Shown here piece by piece: positions 8,873 to 17,200 of a stretch of DNA of 64,000 bases. Position 1 is the first letter of the stretch. Every line of letters starts with the position of its first letter. Origin of the DNA: Candidatus Poribacteria bacterium (lineage in GTDB: Bacteria; Poribacteria; WGA-4E; PCPOR2b). The stretch spans positions 896,001 to 960,000 of the forward strand of contig OZ242326.1 in assembly GCA_965208325.1 (NCBI GenBank), read 5' to 3'. A program made the translations under genes and the position numbers. The notes under the pieces are model-generated. The model saw nothing but the letters and a program-made list of their open reading frames with translations, searched no databases and was not told where the DNA came from.

Positions 8873-10619
8873 TGTAAGCGTGCCGTCCGCCATTAAAAGA
8901 ACTGGAGAGGAACAGGACATCTATCTCCGCGGCTTCCATGATGTCCTCTTCTTTGCCAAGCATCACTTTCCCAATGTGTTTACGGTGGAGTGCGGTCCCC
9001 ATGCTTCTCCTATTCTGAATTGCATTCCTTCAGGTGAGCGCGGACAGCGCGTCAATATTATTGCGCCTAGAGGTTGCGGCAAAAGCACCTACATCGCCGT
9101 AATCTATGTGCTGCACTGCGTTTACTACAAAGACGAATACGAACGGCGCGGCTTAATGCCCGATAGCTTCATCGTTATCCTGTGCGGTACCAAAGACCTC
9201 GCTGTGGCGCGGCTGCACGACATCCGAGACAAAATCGAGGACGATCCCAACTTCCGCCATCTCAAAGGAAACGGTAAGTGGAGCGCGGACCAGCTCGATA
9301 CGGCAAACGGAGCATGCCTAATTCCCGTCGGGCGGCACGGAAGAATCCGCGGTGAACTCAAGGATCTCGCAAGACCGACGCTAATTATCCTCGACGATGT
9401 TGAAGACTGCGAGGAAGTCCAAAACCCCCGTATCCGAGATAAAAACTGGAAATGGTTCAACGAAGATGTCATGGCTGCTGGTAGAATTGACGGCAAGACT
9501 AACTTCATCCACGTCGACACCGTAAAGCACGAGGAAGCCATCTCCAAGCGTCTGCAACTTCTGCCCGACTGGTACAACCAATTCTACCGTTCTATTGAAC
9601 ATCCCCGAGACCTACGCCACCCCACCGCCGAACCGTTTTGGGAAGAGTGGCAGAAAATCTATACGGACTTGACGCTCGAAAAAGACGAGCGTGACCGCCT
9701 TGCGCATGCATTTCTTGAGGAACACAAGAATGAAATGCTGGACGGCATCCAAGAACTCTGGCCCCAAATGCTCTCGTACACCTACATCCGGCGGCTCATC
9801 TGCAACGATGGCTATATCCCCGTCATGCGTGAGCGGCAAAACTCGACACGCGACCCTTCTAAAGAAATTTTCAACATGGAAAAAGCCGTTCGCTTCAAAA
9901 TCACGCCCGACGGACTCTTGCGTAGCGACGGGCGGCTAGTCCTATGGAGCGACATCGCTGGCGGTACAGTTTTCCTCGACTGGGCTGGCGGAAAGGACGC
10001 TTACGATTCCTGCTACGCCGCCGCTGTGTTTGTCGTGTGGGAACCGCTGCCTCAAGCGACTATGAGGCGTAAGGGAGAACCGGTTGCCGCCCTCTCTAAC
10101 ACCCACGCCTACGTCCTGAACGTCTGGATGGACAAAGTCCCCGTCACGACCCAACTCGAGGAGACTTTTAAACTCATAAAGCGCAGTGTCAGCGCTGTAC
10201 CGAACATTCGATTCGATTCCATCCTGCTCGCAGTCGAGGAAATTCCGAAAGACACCGGTAACGCGTTACACACCATGATATCGCGGGCTTTTAAGGGTGC
10301 GCGGGAAAAATACGGCATGACCTCGTTAGTCCGCCTTAAATTCCACAAACGAAGTGTCCGGAAGTTGGACCGCATCGCCGCGTTGGAACCGCCAATCGCC
10401 AACGGTTGGCTCGTCTTCAATGAGACGCTGCCAGAAGTGTTTATGCGCCAGATGCGGCAATTCCCGACCGGGGATTTCTGCGACGGTCCCGACGCCCTGC
10501 AAGGCGGGACTGAGTTGCCCATCACGCGCTTCCCCGCCCATAAACTGCCGCACGGAATGCCGATGCCGTTCGACGACGATCCGGACGCGCCAATGCACGT
10601 TATAAGGAGTTATCTATGA
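8805..10619 (+). CDS. terL: Phage terminase large subunit-like ATPase/nuclease (probable start GTG 8880)
   Basis: Walker A 'IIAPRGCGKST', Walker B 'LIILDDVED', RNase H-like nuclease acidic residues 'FLDWA', 'AVEE', 'DGPDAL', and 'KLDRIAALEP..NG' / 'QFPTG' TerL motifs. Confidence 0.85.
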   Translation: MERRSRIYGNHSRFLKIHRAYHSVSVPSAIKRTGEEQDIYLRGFHDVLFFAKHHFPNVFTVECGPHASPILNCIPSGERGQRVNIIAPRGCGKSTYIAVIYVLHCVYYKDEYERRGLMPDSFIVILCGTKDLAVARLHDIRDKIEDDPNFRHLKGNGKWSADQLDTANGACLIPVGRHGRIRGELKDLARPTLIILDDVEDCEEVQNPRIRDKNWKWFNEDVMAAGRIDGKTNFIHVDTVKHEEAISKRLQLLPDWYNQFYRSIEHPRDLRHPTAEPFWEEWQKIYTDLTLEKDERDRLAHAFLEEHKNEMLDGIQELWPQMLSYTYIRRLICNDGYIPVMRERQNSTRDPSKEIFNMEKAVRFKITPDGLLRSDGRLVLWSDIAGGTVFLDWAGGKDAYDSCYAAAVFVVWEPLPQATMRRKGEPVAALSNTHAYVLNVWMDKVPVTTQLEETFKLIKRSVSAVPNIRFDSILLAVEEIPKDTGNALHTMISRAFKGAREKYGMTSLVRLKFHKRSVRKLDRIAALEPPIANGWLVFNETLPEVFMRQMRQFPTGDFCDGPDALQGGTELPITRFPAHKLPHGMPMPFDDDPDAPMHVIRSYL

Positions 10620-10874
10620 TGGCTGAATTAACCAACATGTTAGGGCCTTCAAAAATGAGCATTCTCAACTTATTTTTTCTGGCGCACAACAATGCTCAAC
10701 GCCCCAAACCCGCTCCCTGTCTAGCTTTCCACGCGTTTTGCTTATTTCACTATGTCCCAAATACTCAAAAAATAAGCAAATCCAATATCCCAAATTTACC
10801 TCGCCTCAACTTAACCAAAGTCACGCTTATTTCCCTGAACATGTGCCAAATTTCATTTGGAGAGAGGCCGAGAT

Positions 10875-11360
10875 ATGACTAAAATTGTTAGCACGCTTCT
10901 CGCGTTTGGGGCTATAGCCGCTGTCATGCTTGTTTTCATTGTTACTCTTTTGCACAGCGACTCCTTCAATATACGTACGTCATCTGAGCCCGAGAGTGTT
11001 GAACTTGATGCGGCAAATCAGTCGCCAAATAATCTGGGATTGTCTTCCGAAGTGGACTTTTTGTTTGGGAGACCTAGATGGTTGCCGGGTGGGGTGATTC
11101 AAATTATCCCAACTGTCGGCGTGGATTTTGGGTTCATCCGACCAATCGCATCCGGGTATGCTGTCGGAAGGTCATTCATGGTCGGTACGAGCACCACGCT
11201 ATCCGATGAAGAGTTAGGTTTCAGCACAAAACATCGCGTCTCCTTTGAAACGGGAATCCGCGTTTACCTATCCCCTTCGCAGTATGTGTCGATCACTTGC
11301 GGCAAACAGTACGACGAAGATAGCGTTACGACAAACTTTAAAACTGCGTTGCGGCTTTAA
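10875..11360 (+). CDS. Hypothetical exported/membrane protein with beta-strand-rich C-terminus
   Basis: N-terminal TM/signal segment; C-terminus resembles the barrel end of the 2267-4621 protein; GGAG RBS. Confidence 0.5.
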   Translation: MTKIVSTLLAFGAIAAVMLVFIVTLLHSDSFNIRTSSEPESVELDAANQSPNNLGLSSEVDFLFGRPRWLPGGVIQIIPTVGVDFGFIRPIASGYAVGRSFMVGTSTTLSDEELGFSTKHRVSFETGIRVYLSPSQYVSITCGKQYDEDSVTTNFKTALRL

Positions 11361-11405
11361 TGTTGGCGCGCGCCGGTTATATGACAACGGTGCAATGATG
11401 ATGGG

Positions 11406-12620
11406 TTGTTGGAAAGCAATCAAATAATTGTGCGATGCTCCCGCGCAAATATAACCAAGTTCTATGTCAGCTCAGCGCTCGGCGGTTTTACGCTATTTCA
11501 CGGCGTGTTGGGTTTTTACATGCGGCAGATTGGGTTTTCGTACACCCAAATCTTCTTTTTAGCCGCCCTATACGAAATCTTGGTTTTTCTCTTGGAAATT
11601 CCGACTGGCGTATTTGCCGACCGTTTCGGGCTTAAAAAGTGCGCAGTCCTAGGGCACTTCATATCCGCCGCAAGTTGTTTTCCGATTGCACTGTTCCCCA
11701 CATCTTACAGCGTGTTCCTTCTCTGGAGCGTGTTGTCAGCGATATGCACGACACTGAATTCCGGATCGGTAGAGGCGCTGCAATTCGAGTCGTTGCGAGA
11801 TATATCGCGCGAAGCAGAATACACAAAGTTGCGCGGCAGATTAGCCGCAATCGGAGGCTTGTCAATGCCGGTTGGGGCTCTTATCGGCGGCGTTCTTTGC
11901 GAGAACATCGGGTTTGGTAACGTCGTCGCGCTCGGCGGGCTGACCGGACTATTTATTACCGCAGTTTATGTCAGTATGAGCGAACCGAGCGAGGTTCAAC
12001 TAGCGCGCGAAAGTTTGACAGATCAAAGCATATTTAAGTGGATAGCCGAAAACTTTCGATTTATTAAAAAGGATAAGGAATTAACCGGAGTCATTATCGC
12101 CGGAGCGGTGGTCTATGCAGCGTATCTTCTGATTAATAACTATTCGCAGCCGTGTTTGGAAGAGGCAGGAATACAGTCGTATCGAATTGTTGGCTTGGTT
12201 AGCGGCTCCTTTATGCTCGCGTTCGCCGCAGTCTCATGGTGGGCGGGATATTTGACGCAACGCATCGGAGCGAAAGGCACATTCGTGTGGTTGTCCGGCG
12301 TGCCGATTTTGAGTTTAATAGGCTTGGGAAGACTTAACGGCATCACATTATTGGCACCGCTCTATCTCTCCAGGTTGGGCGAGGGTGTCGCCGAGCCTGT
12401 CATCTCGAACCGGTTGCTTCAGAAAAGCCCAGCGGGAAGAACCGCAACGCTCCTTTCCACGCATAGCCTTCTTACATCGCTGGTATTTTCTATATGGAGC
12501 ATGGCGAGCGGGTTTGGTCTGGACAATGTAGGTCGATTCTTCACATTTTCTGCGGGTGCCGCCTTCGCGGTTATAATATTGCTGTGGAGCGGGCGGTGGG
12601 TAGTGAGAACTGACGATTAG
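11406..12620 (+). CDS. MFS transporter
   Basis: ~12 TM helices; 'LEIPTGVFADRFGLK' MFS motif A. Confidence 0.9.
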   Translation: MLESNQIIVRCSRANITKFYVSSALGGFTLFHGVLGFYMRQIGFSYTQIFFLAALYEILVFLLEIPTGVFADRFGLKKCAVLGHFISAASCFPIALFPTSYSVFLLWSVLSAICTTLNSGSVEALQFESLRDISREAEYTKLRGRLAAIGGLSMPVGALIGGVLCENIGFGNVVALGGLTGLFITAVYVSMSEPSEVQLARESLTDQSIFKWIAENFRFIKKDKELTGVIIAGAVVYAAYLLINNYSQPCLEEAGIQSYRIVGLVSGSFMLAFAAVSWWAGYLTQRIGAKGTFVWLSGVPILSLIGLGRLNGITLLAPLYLSRLGEGVAEPVISNRLLQKSPAGRTATLLSTHSLLTSLVFSIWSMASGFGLDNVGRFFTFSAGAAFAVIILLWSGRWVVRTDD

Positions 12621-12858
12621 AACTCGTCAAACTAAGCGGGTTATTGAGATTGACTTAGGGAATATTTTTTTGCTGCGTTTTGCGAAAACACACAACGGCG
12701 TTGCCGTAAGATTTTTATCACAGCATGGACCATCATTCAATTTCAGTCCGAACAATGGTAGGAAACCGCTGCTTCCAATTTTTCTCACAATTCAATTGAC
12801 CGGTTTGATTGCTGCCGTTTTCGCGGCGGAGATATACGGGGGGCAAAAGGAGGAATCT

Positions 12859-14502
12859 ATGATGCGAAGTGAACAACTAGTGGGTACCCCCAACACCCTG
12901 GATTTGGTAGAGCGGGCGCGGTATGCGATTAACGCGATGACGCAAAGCACCAATCCGGAAGCGGAGTACGCGGTCTACTTCACCGGGGTGCTTCACCGCA
13001 ATCCGCCGACGCTATTGAGGGAAATCCCGCTGTACGGAAAATTCATGGAAGGGTTGGCTTTAATGCGCATCATGACGAGCGGCGAATTCGATACACGCGC
13101 ATCTACGCAACCCGATGATTTTAACCGGCATGTGGACCGCGTCTGGCGGGAAGCCTTTCTGCGCAAGCTAAAGAAACAGGAACTTACATTAGTTGGCGCC
13201 GAAGGCGGACGGCAGCTCGCTTGGTTGGCGATCCAATATCAACAGACCCAAGACTCAATGTGGAAAGAACTCGGCGAAACGGTGATTCAGCGGGCGCTAA
13301 AAACGACGGTCCATCAAAACGGCTACTGCTATTTCCCGACTGACGCGGAAGGCACAATGCCGACGAGTTGGGAGGCGACCTACCAAGGGTGGACGCTCCA
13401 GGGCGTAACCCAATTTTATATGGCGACCGGCTCTGAAGCGGCGCTGGAACTGGCGGGCAAACTCGCCCGCTACTTGAAAGATCACTCCGGCATGTTTGAT
13501 GCCGACGGACGCTTTCTCGCACGCCACGACGTTGATGTTCCGCTCGACCCGCCGGCTACACTTGGACCTGCGCTGCATTTCCACCACAATGGCAACACGA
13601 TGGAAGCGCTCTCGGAGTATGCGTGGGCAAGCGGCGAATCGGAATTTGGAGAATTCGCCAAGAAATGCTACGAATACGCCCGTTCACTCCCCGACTCATC
13701 GCCGCTTATCGGCTTTTTCCAAGAGTACATCGACGATTGGCCCGATAACCGCGGTGTCATAGACTGCGAAACCTGCTGTGTCGTTGACATGATGTTGACT
13801 GCGCTCTGGATGACGAAGGCGGGCGTGGAGGATTATTGGGACGATATCGACCGATATTTGCGAAACCAGTTCGCCGAGATGCAGATGACCTCCGGAGATT
13901 GGTTAACCCGGATGACAGAAGCACTGCCGTATCGGCCGCCGGGCGAGGGCGAAATTGCCATGGGGTCGCCGGACCGCTGGGTCGGCACCTTCGCCGGTTG
14001 GGCGACTGCCAATGACTTCTTCGCCATCGGCGCAGGTCCCGGCATCATGCACTGCTGCACCGGCAACGGGTCACGGGCGCTTTACTACCTTTGGGAGAAT
14101 ATGCTTGAGTTCAGCGGCGGAGAGTTACGGCTCAATCTACTGCTCAACCGGAATTCTCCGTGGGTCGAGGTCAGCAGCCGCATCCCGTATGAAGGCAAGG
14201 TTGAGTTGAAGGTCAAGGCGGGGTGTGAAAATATTTCGGTTCGCGCGCCCGAATGGGTGGAAGGCTCAAACGGCGCAATGTCGTGCCGCGTTAACGGCGC
14301 CTCCCGAAACTTCAGTTGGAAGGGCCGCTGTGTACACATCGGCAAAGCCGCACCCGGTGATAAAGTTGAAATTACATTTCCCATATCGAATCGGACGGTG
14401 GAAGAAACGGTAGGCGGTGTGCCGTACACGCTTGTAATCCGGGGCAATAACGTGATTTCCATCTCTCCGCCGGGGAAGCATTACCCTTTTTATAACCGAT
14501 AA
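12859..14502 (+). CDS. GH127/GH146-like beta-L-arabinofuranosidase-domain protein, copy 1 (in-frame upstream extension to 12670)
   Basis: 'CETCC' and 'MHCCTGN' Zn/Cys motifs; C-terminal 'PYEGKV..VRAPEW..GDKVEITFP' beta-sandwich; AAGGAGG RBS before ATG 12859. Confidence 0.75.
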   Translation: MMRSEQLVGTPNTLDLVERARYAINAMTQSTNPEAEYAVYFTGVLHRNPPTLLREIPLYGKFMEGLALMRIMTSGEFDTRASTQPDDFNRHVDRVWREAFLRKLKKQELTLVGAEGGRQLAWLAIQYQQTQDSMWKELGETVIQRALKTTVHQNGYCYFPTDAEGTMPTSWEATYQGWTLQGVTQFYMATGSEAALELAGKLARYLKDHSGMFDADGRFLARHDVDVPLDPPATLGPALHFHHNGNTMEALSEYAWASGESEFGEFAKKCYEYARSLPDSSPLIGFFQEYIDDWPDNRGVIDCETCCVVDMMLTALWMTKAGVEDYWDDIDRYLRNQFAEMQMTSGDWLTRMTEALPYRPPGEGEIAMGSPDRWVGTFAGWATANDFFAIGAGPGIMHCCTGNGSRALYYLWENMLEFSGGELRLNLLLNRNSPWVEVSSRIPYEGKVELKVKAGCENISVRAPEWVEGSNGAMSCRVNGASRNFSWKGRCVHIGKAAPGDKVEITFPISNRTVEETVGGVPYTLVIRGNNVISISPPGKHYPFYNR

Positions 14503-14673
14503 TGGATTTGCGCCTGTCTTAAGCTAACTAATCTGAACAAATGCGCCCTCAATTTGATTCGTGGTAGTTTGATATGCGCCGCACAATTCAACCTACCTAC
14601 TAATGTCAATGACGATGATATGACATATCCCAACGATTCACTAATCGGTCTTATAGAAAAAGACCCATCAACA

Positions 14674-16455
14674 ATGAGACGGCTATGCATTTTCAATCCC
14701 TCGAAACGTTGGAAACTGAGACTCCCATTATTTCGCGCGATTCTGCCGATCGGGTTAATTGCCGCCGTTTTCGTTTCGGGGGGCTACGGAAAGCTCAAGG
14801 AGGAACCAACGATGCAAAATGAACAATTAGCAGAGGCACCCAACACGCTGGATTTGGTAGAGCGGGCTGGGTATGCGATTAACGCGATGACGCGAAGCAC
14901 CAATCCGGAAGCGGAGTACGCGGTCTACTTCACCGGCGTGCTCCACCGCAACCCGCCGACCCTATCAGGGCAAATTCCACTGTACGGAAAATTCATGGAA
15001 GGGACGGCGTTGATGCGCATTATGACGAGCGGCGAATTCAACACACGCCCATCTTCCCAACCCAAGGATTTCAATCGACACGTGGACCGCGTCTGGCAAG
15101 ATGCGTTTGTGCGGTTACTGACTGAAAGTAAGCCGGTGCTTACGGGACCCGAAGGCGGACGGCAACTCGCATGGTTAGCCATTCAGTATCGGCGGACGAA
15201 TAACGAAATGTGGAAAGAACTCGGTGAATCGGCGATTCAGCGCGCGCTTGATGCGGCAGTCCATCAAGATGGCTACTGTTATTTCCCGCACGGCGCAGAA
15301 GGGACGATGCCGACGGGCTGGGGGGCGACCTACCAAGGGTGGACGCTTCAAGGGCTCAGCCAGTTTCATATTGCGACCGGTTCGGACGTTGCACTGGAAC
15401 TGGCGGGCAAACTTGCCCGCTATTTGAAGGATTACGCTGGCGTTTTTGATGCGGACGGCCGGTTTCTATCGCGCCACGGCGATTCCATTCCGCACAGCCC
15501 GCCAGCCACACTGGGACCTGCACTGCATTTCCACCACAACGGCAATGCGATGGAAGGGCTGATGGAGTACGCGTTGGCGAGCGGCGATGCGGAATATGCT
15601 GAATTCGCGAAAAAATGCTATGAATACGCCCGTTCGCTCCCCGACTCATCGCCGCTTATCGGCTTTTTTCAGGAGTACATTGACGATTGGCCCGATAACC
15701 GCGGCGTCATTGACTGCGAAACCTGCTGTGTTGTTGACATGATGCTGACGGCGCTCTGGATGACGAAGGCGGGTGTTGGCGATTATTGGGACGACATTGA
15801 CCGGTACATGCGGAACCAGTTCGCCGAGATGCAGATGACCACCGGAGATTGGCTGGAAAAAATGAATGAAGGGCTATCATATCAACCGCCGGGCGATGAT
15901 GAGATTGCGATGGGTTCACCTCAGCGTTGGATCGGCACCTTCGCCGGTTGGGCGACTGCCAATGACTTCTTCGCCATCGGTGCAGGTCCAGGTATTATGC
16001 ACTGCTGCACCGGCAACGGGTCACGGGCGCTTTACTATCTCTGGGAAAATACGCTAGAATACAACGACGGAGAGTTACGGCTCAATCTGCTTCTTAACCG
16101 GCAATCTCCATGGGTGCAAGTCAGCAGCCATATCCCGTATGAAGGCAAGGTTGAGTTGAAGGTCAAGGCAGGGTGTGAAAATATTGCCGTTCGCGCGCCC
16201 GAATGGGTGGAAGGGTCGAGCGGCGTACTGTCGTGCCGCGTCAACGGCGCCGTCCGCAAAATTAGTTGGACGGACCGCTATGTGCACATCGGTGAAGCGG
16301 CGCCTGGCGACACAGTTGAACTCGCATTTCCGATATCTGAACGGACGGTCGAGGAAACAGTTGGCGGTGTTCCTTATACGCTTGTAATCAGGGGAAATAA
16401 CGTGGTTTCCATCTCACCGCAGGGAAAGAATTATCCGTTTTACCACCGTAATTAA
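14674..16455 (+). CDS. GH127/GH146-like protein, tandem paralog copy 2 (alternative start ATG 14812)
   Basis: Highly similar to copy 1 with the same CETCC / HCCTGN motifs; signal-peptide-like N-terminus. Confidence 0.75.
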   Translation: MRRLCIFNPSKRWKLRLPLFRAILPIGLIAAVFVSGGYGKLKEEPTMQNEQLAEAPNTLDLVERAGYAINAMTRSTNPEAEYAVYFTGVLHRNPPTLSGQIPLYGKFMEGTALMRIMTSGEFNTRPSSQPKDFNRHVDRVWQDAFVRLLTESKPVLTGPEGGRQLAWLAIQYRRTNNEMWKELGESAIQRALDAAVHQDGYCYFPHGAEGTMPTGWGATYQGWTLQGLSQFHIATGSDVALELAGKLARYLKDYAGVFDADGRFLSRHGDSIPHSPPATLGPALHFHHNGNAMEGLMEYALASGDAEYAEFAKKCYEYARSLPDSSPLIGFFQEYIDDWPDNRGVIDCETCCVVDMMLTALWMTKAGVGDYWDDIDRYMRNQFAEMQMTTGDWLEKMNEGLSYQPPGDDEIAMGSPQRWIGTFAGWATANDFFAIGAGPGIMHCCTGNGSRALYYLWENTLEYNDGELRLNLLLNRQSPWVQVSSHIPYEGKVELKVKAGCENIAVRAPEWVEGSSGVLSCRVNGAVRKISWTDRYVHIGEAAPGDTVELAFPISERTVEETVGGVPYTLVIRGNNVVSISPQGKNYPFYHRN

Positions 16456-16508
16456 ATCGGTCCTGAGAACCCCCTGCACTCACCCAAATAACTAAAAAAA
16501 ACGTTCAA

Positions 16509-16814
16509 TTAGCACTTGACCTGGATTTCGCCATCCTCAACGAGAACGTCATAAGATTTCACTTGTAACCGCACATCGGTGCGGCACACGCCGGTTTCGA
16601 CATCGTATGCGTAACCGTGAACCGGACAGATTGCCAAGCCGTTTTTAATGCGTCCTCTGCCGAGTGACCCCAGGGCGTGGGCGCATGTATTATCAAGCGC
16701 GTAAAAATTCTCGCCATCGTTGAAAACCGCAATACGTTTTCCGTTTATGGTGAAGGCTTTCCCCCGCCCGACGGGAATATCCGACGTTTTTGCCACGGGC
16801 GCATAAGATGACAT
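16509..16814 (-). CDS. Rieske [2Fe-2S] ferredoxin (NirD/dioxygenase ferredoxin-like)
   Basis: CAH...CPVH Rieske ligands; GAGGAG RBS. Confidence 0.9.
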   Translation of the reverse strand: MSSYAPVAKTSDIPVGRGKAFTINGKRIAVFNDGENFYALDNTCAHALGSLGRGRIKNGLAICPVHGYAYDVETGVCRTDVRLQVKSYDVLVEDGEIQVKC

Positions 16815-16865
16815 CGCGTTTCTCCTCTTGAGTTAAACTTTCTTCAGTATAAAAAACGACACAGA

Positions 16866-17072
16866 CTAGGGCGTGTTGACATTTGGCATCCCGTAGGTTG
16901 AATTGAACGGTTAAACGGCAGTCCCTATCAAGTACAATGGAATCTTTTGTAACACAATCTGTTAGATTGTGATCCGAGCCCGCAAACTAACAGTTTGTGC
17001 TACTTATATCAGATTATCCAATGGTGACAACGTTTGCGGAATCAGTAGCCTCAAAATGTCAACAGAACCTAG
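16866..17072. mobile_element. MITE with IS5-type terminal inverted repeats inserted at CTAG
   Basis: Left end CTAGGGCGTGTTGACATTT, right end AAATGTCAACAGAACCTAG (16/19 inverted match); no ORF; a second left end follows at 17069-17084. Confidence 0.75.
16981..17003 (-). repeat. GTAG-type REP-like hairpin
   Basis: Reverse complement reads GTAG-CACAAACT-GTT-AGTTTGCG. Confidence 0.6.
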
Positions 17073-17200
17073 GGCGTGTTGACAAATTAGTCATGACAGC
17101 ACAGCTTAGTAGGAACGACAATTAAACGCATTGGCAAGTCCATTGTTTGCTGTTCCCATTTTACATTGATTCACGGCGGATTGTAAAGCGGCACGTCTGT

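Noticed and set aside
8339..10619. Intact prophage or GTA cluster
   Set aside because: No portal, capsid, tail, lysis or integrase genes are present in the window.
10616..10882. 88-aa ORF overlapping the terL stop
   Set aside because: Low-complexity, compositionally biased sequence with no recognisable family; cannot be supported as a gene, although coupling to terL (ATGA overlap) is not excluded.
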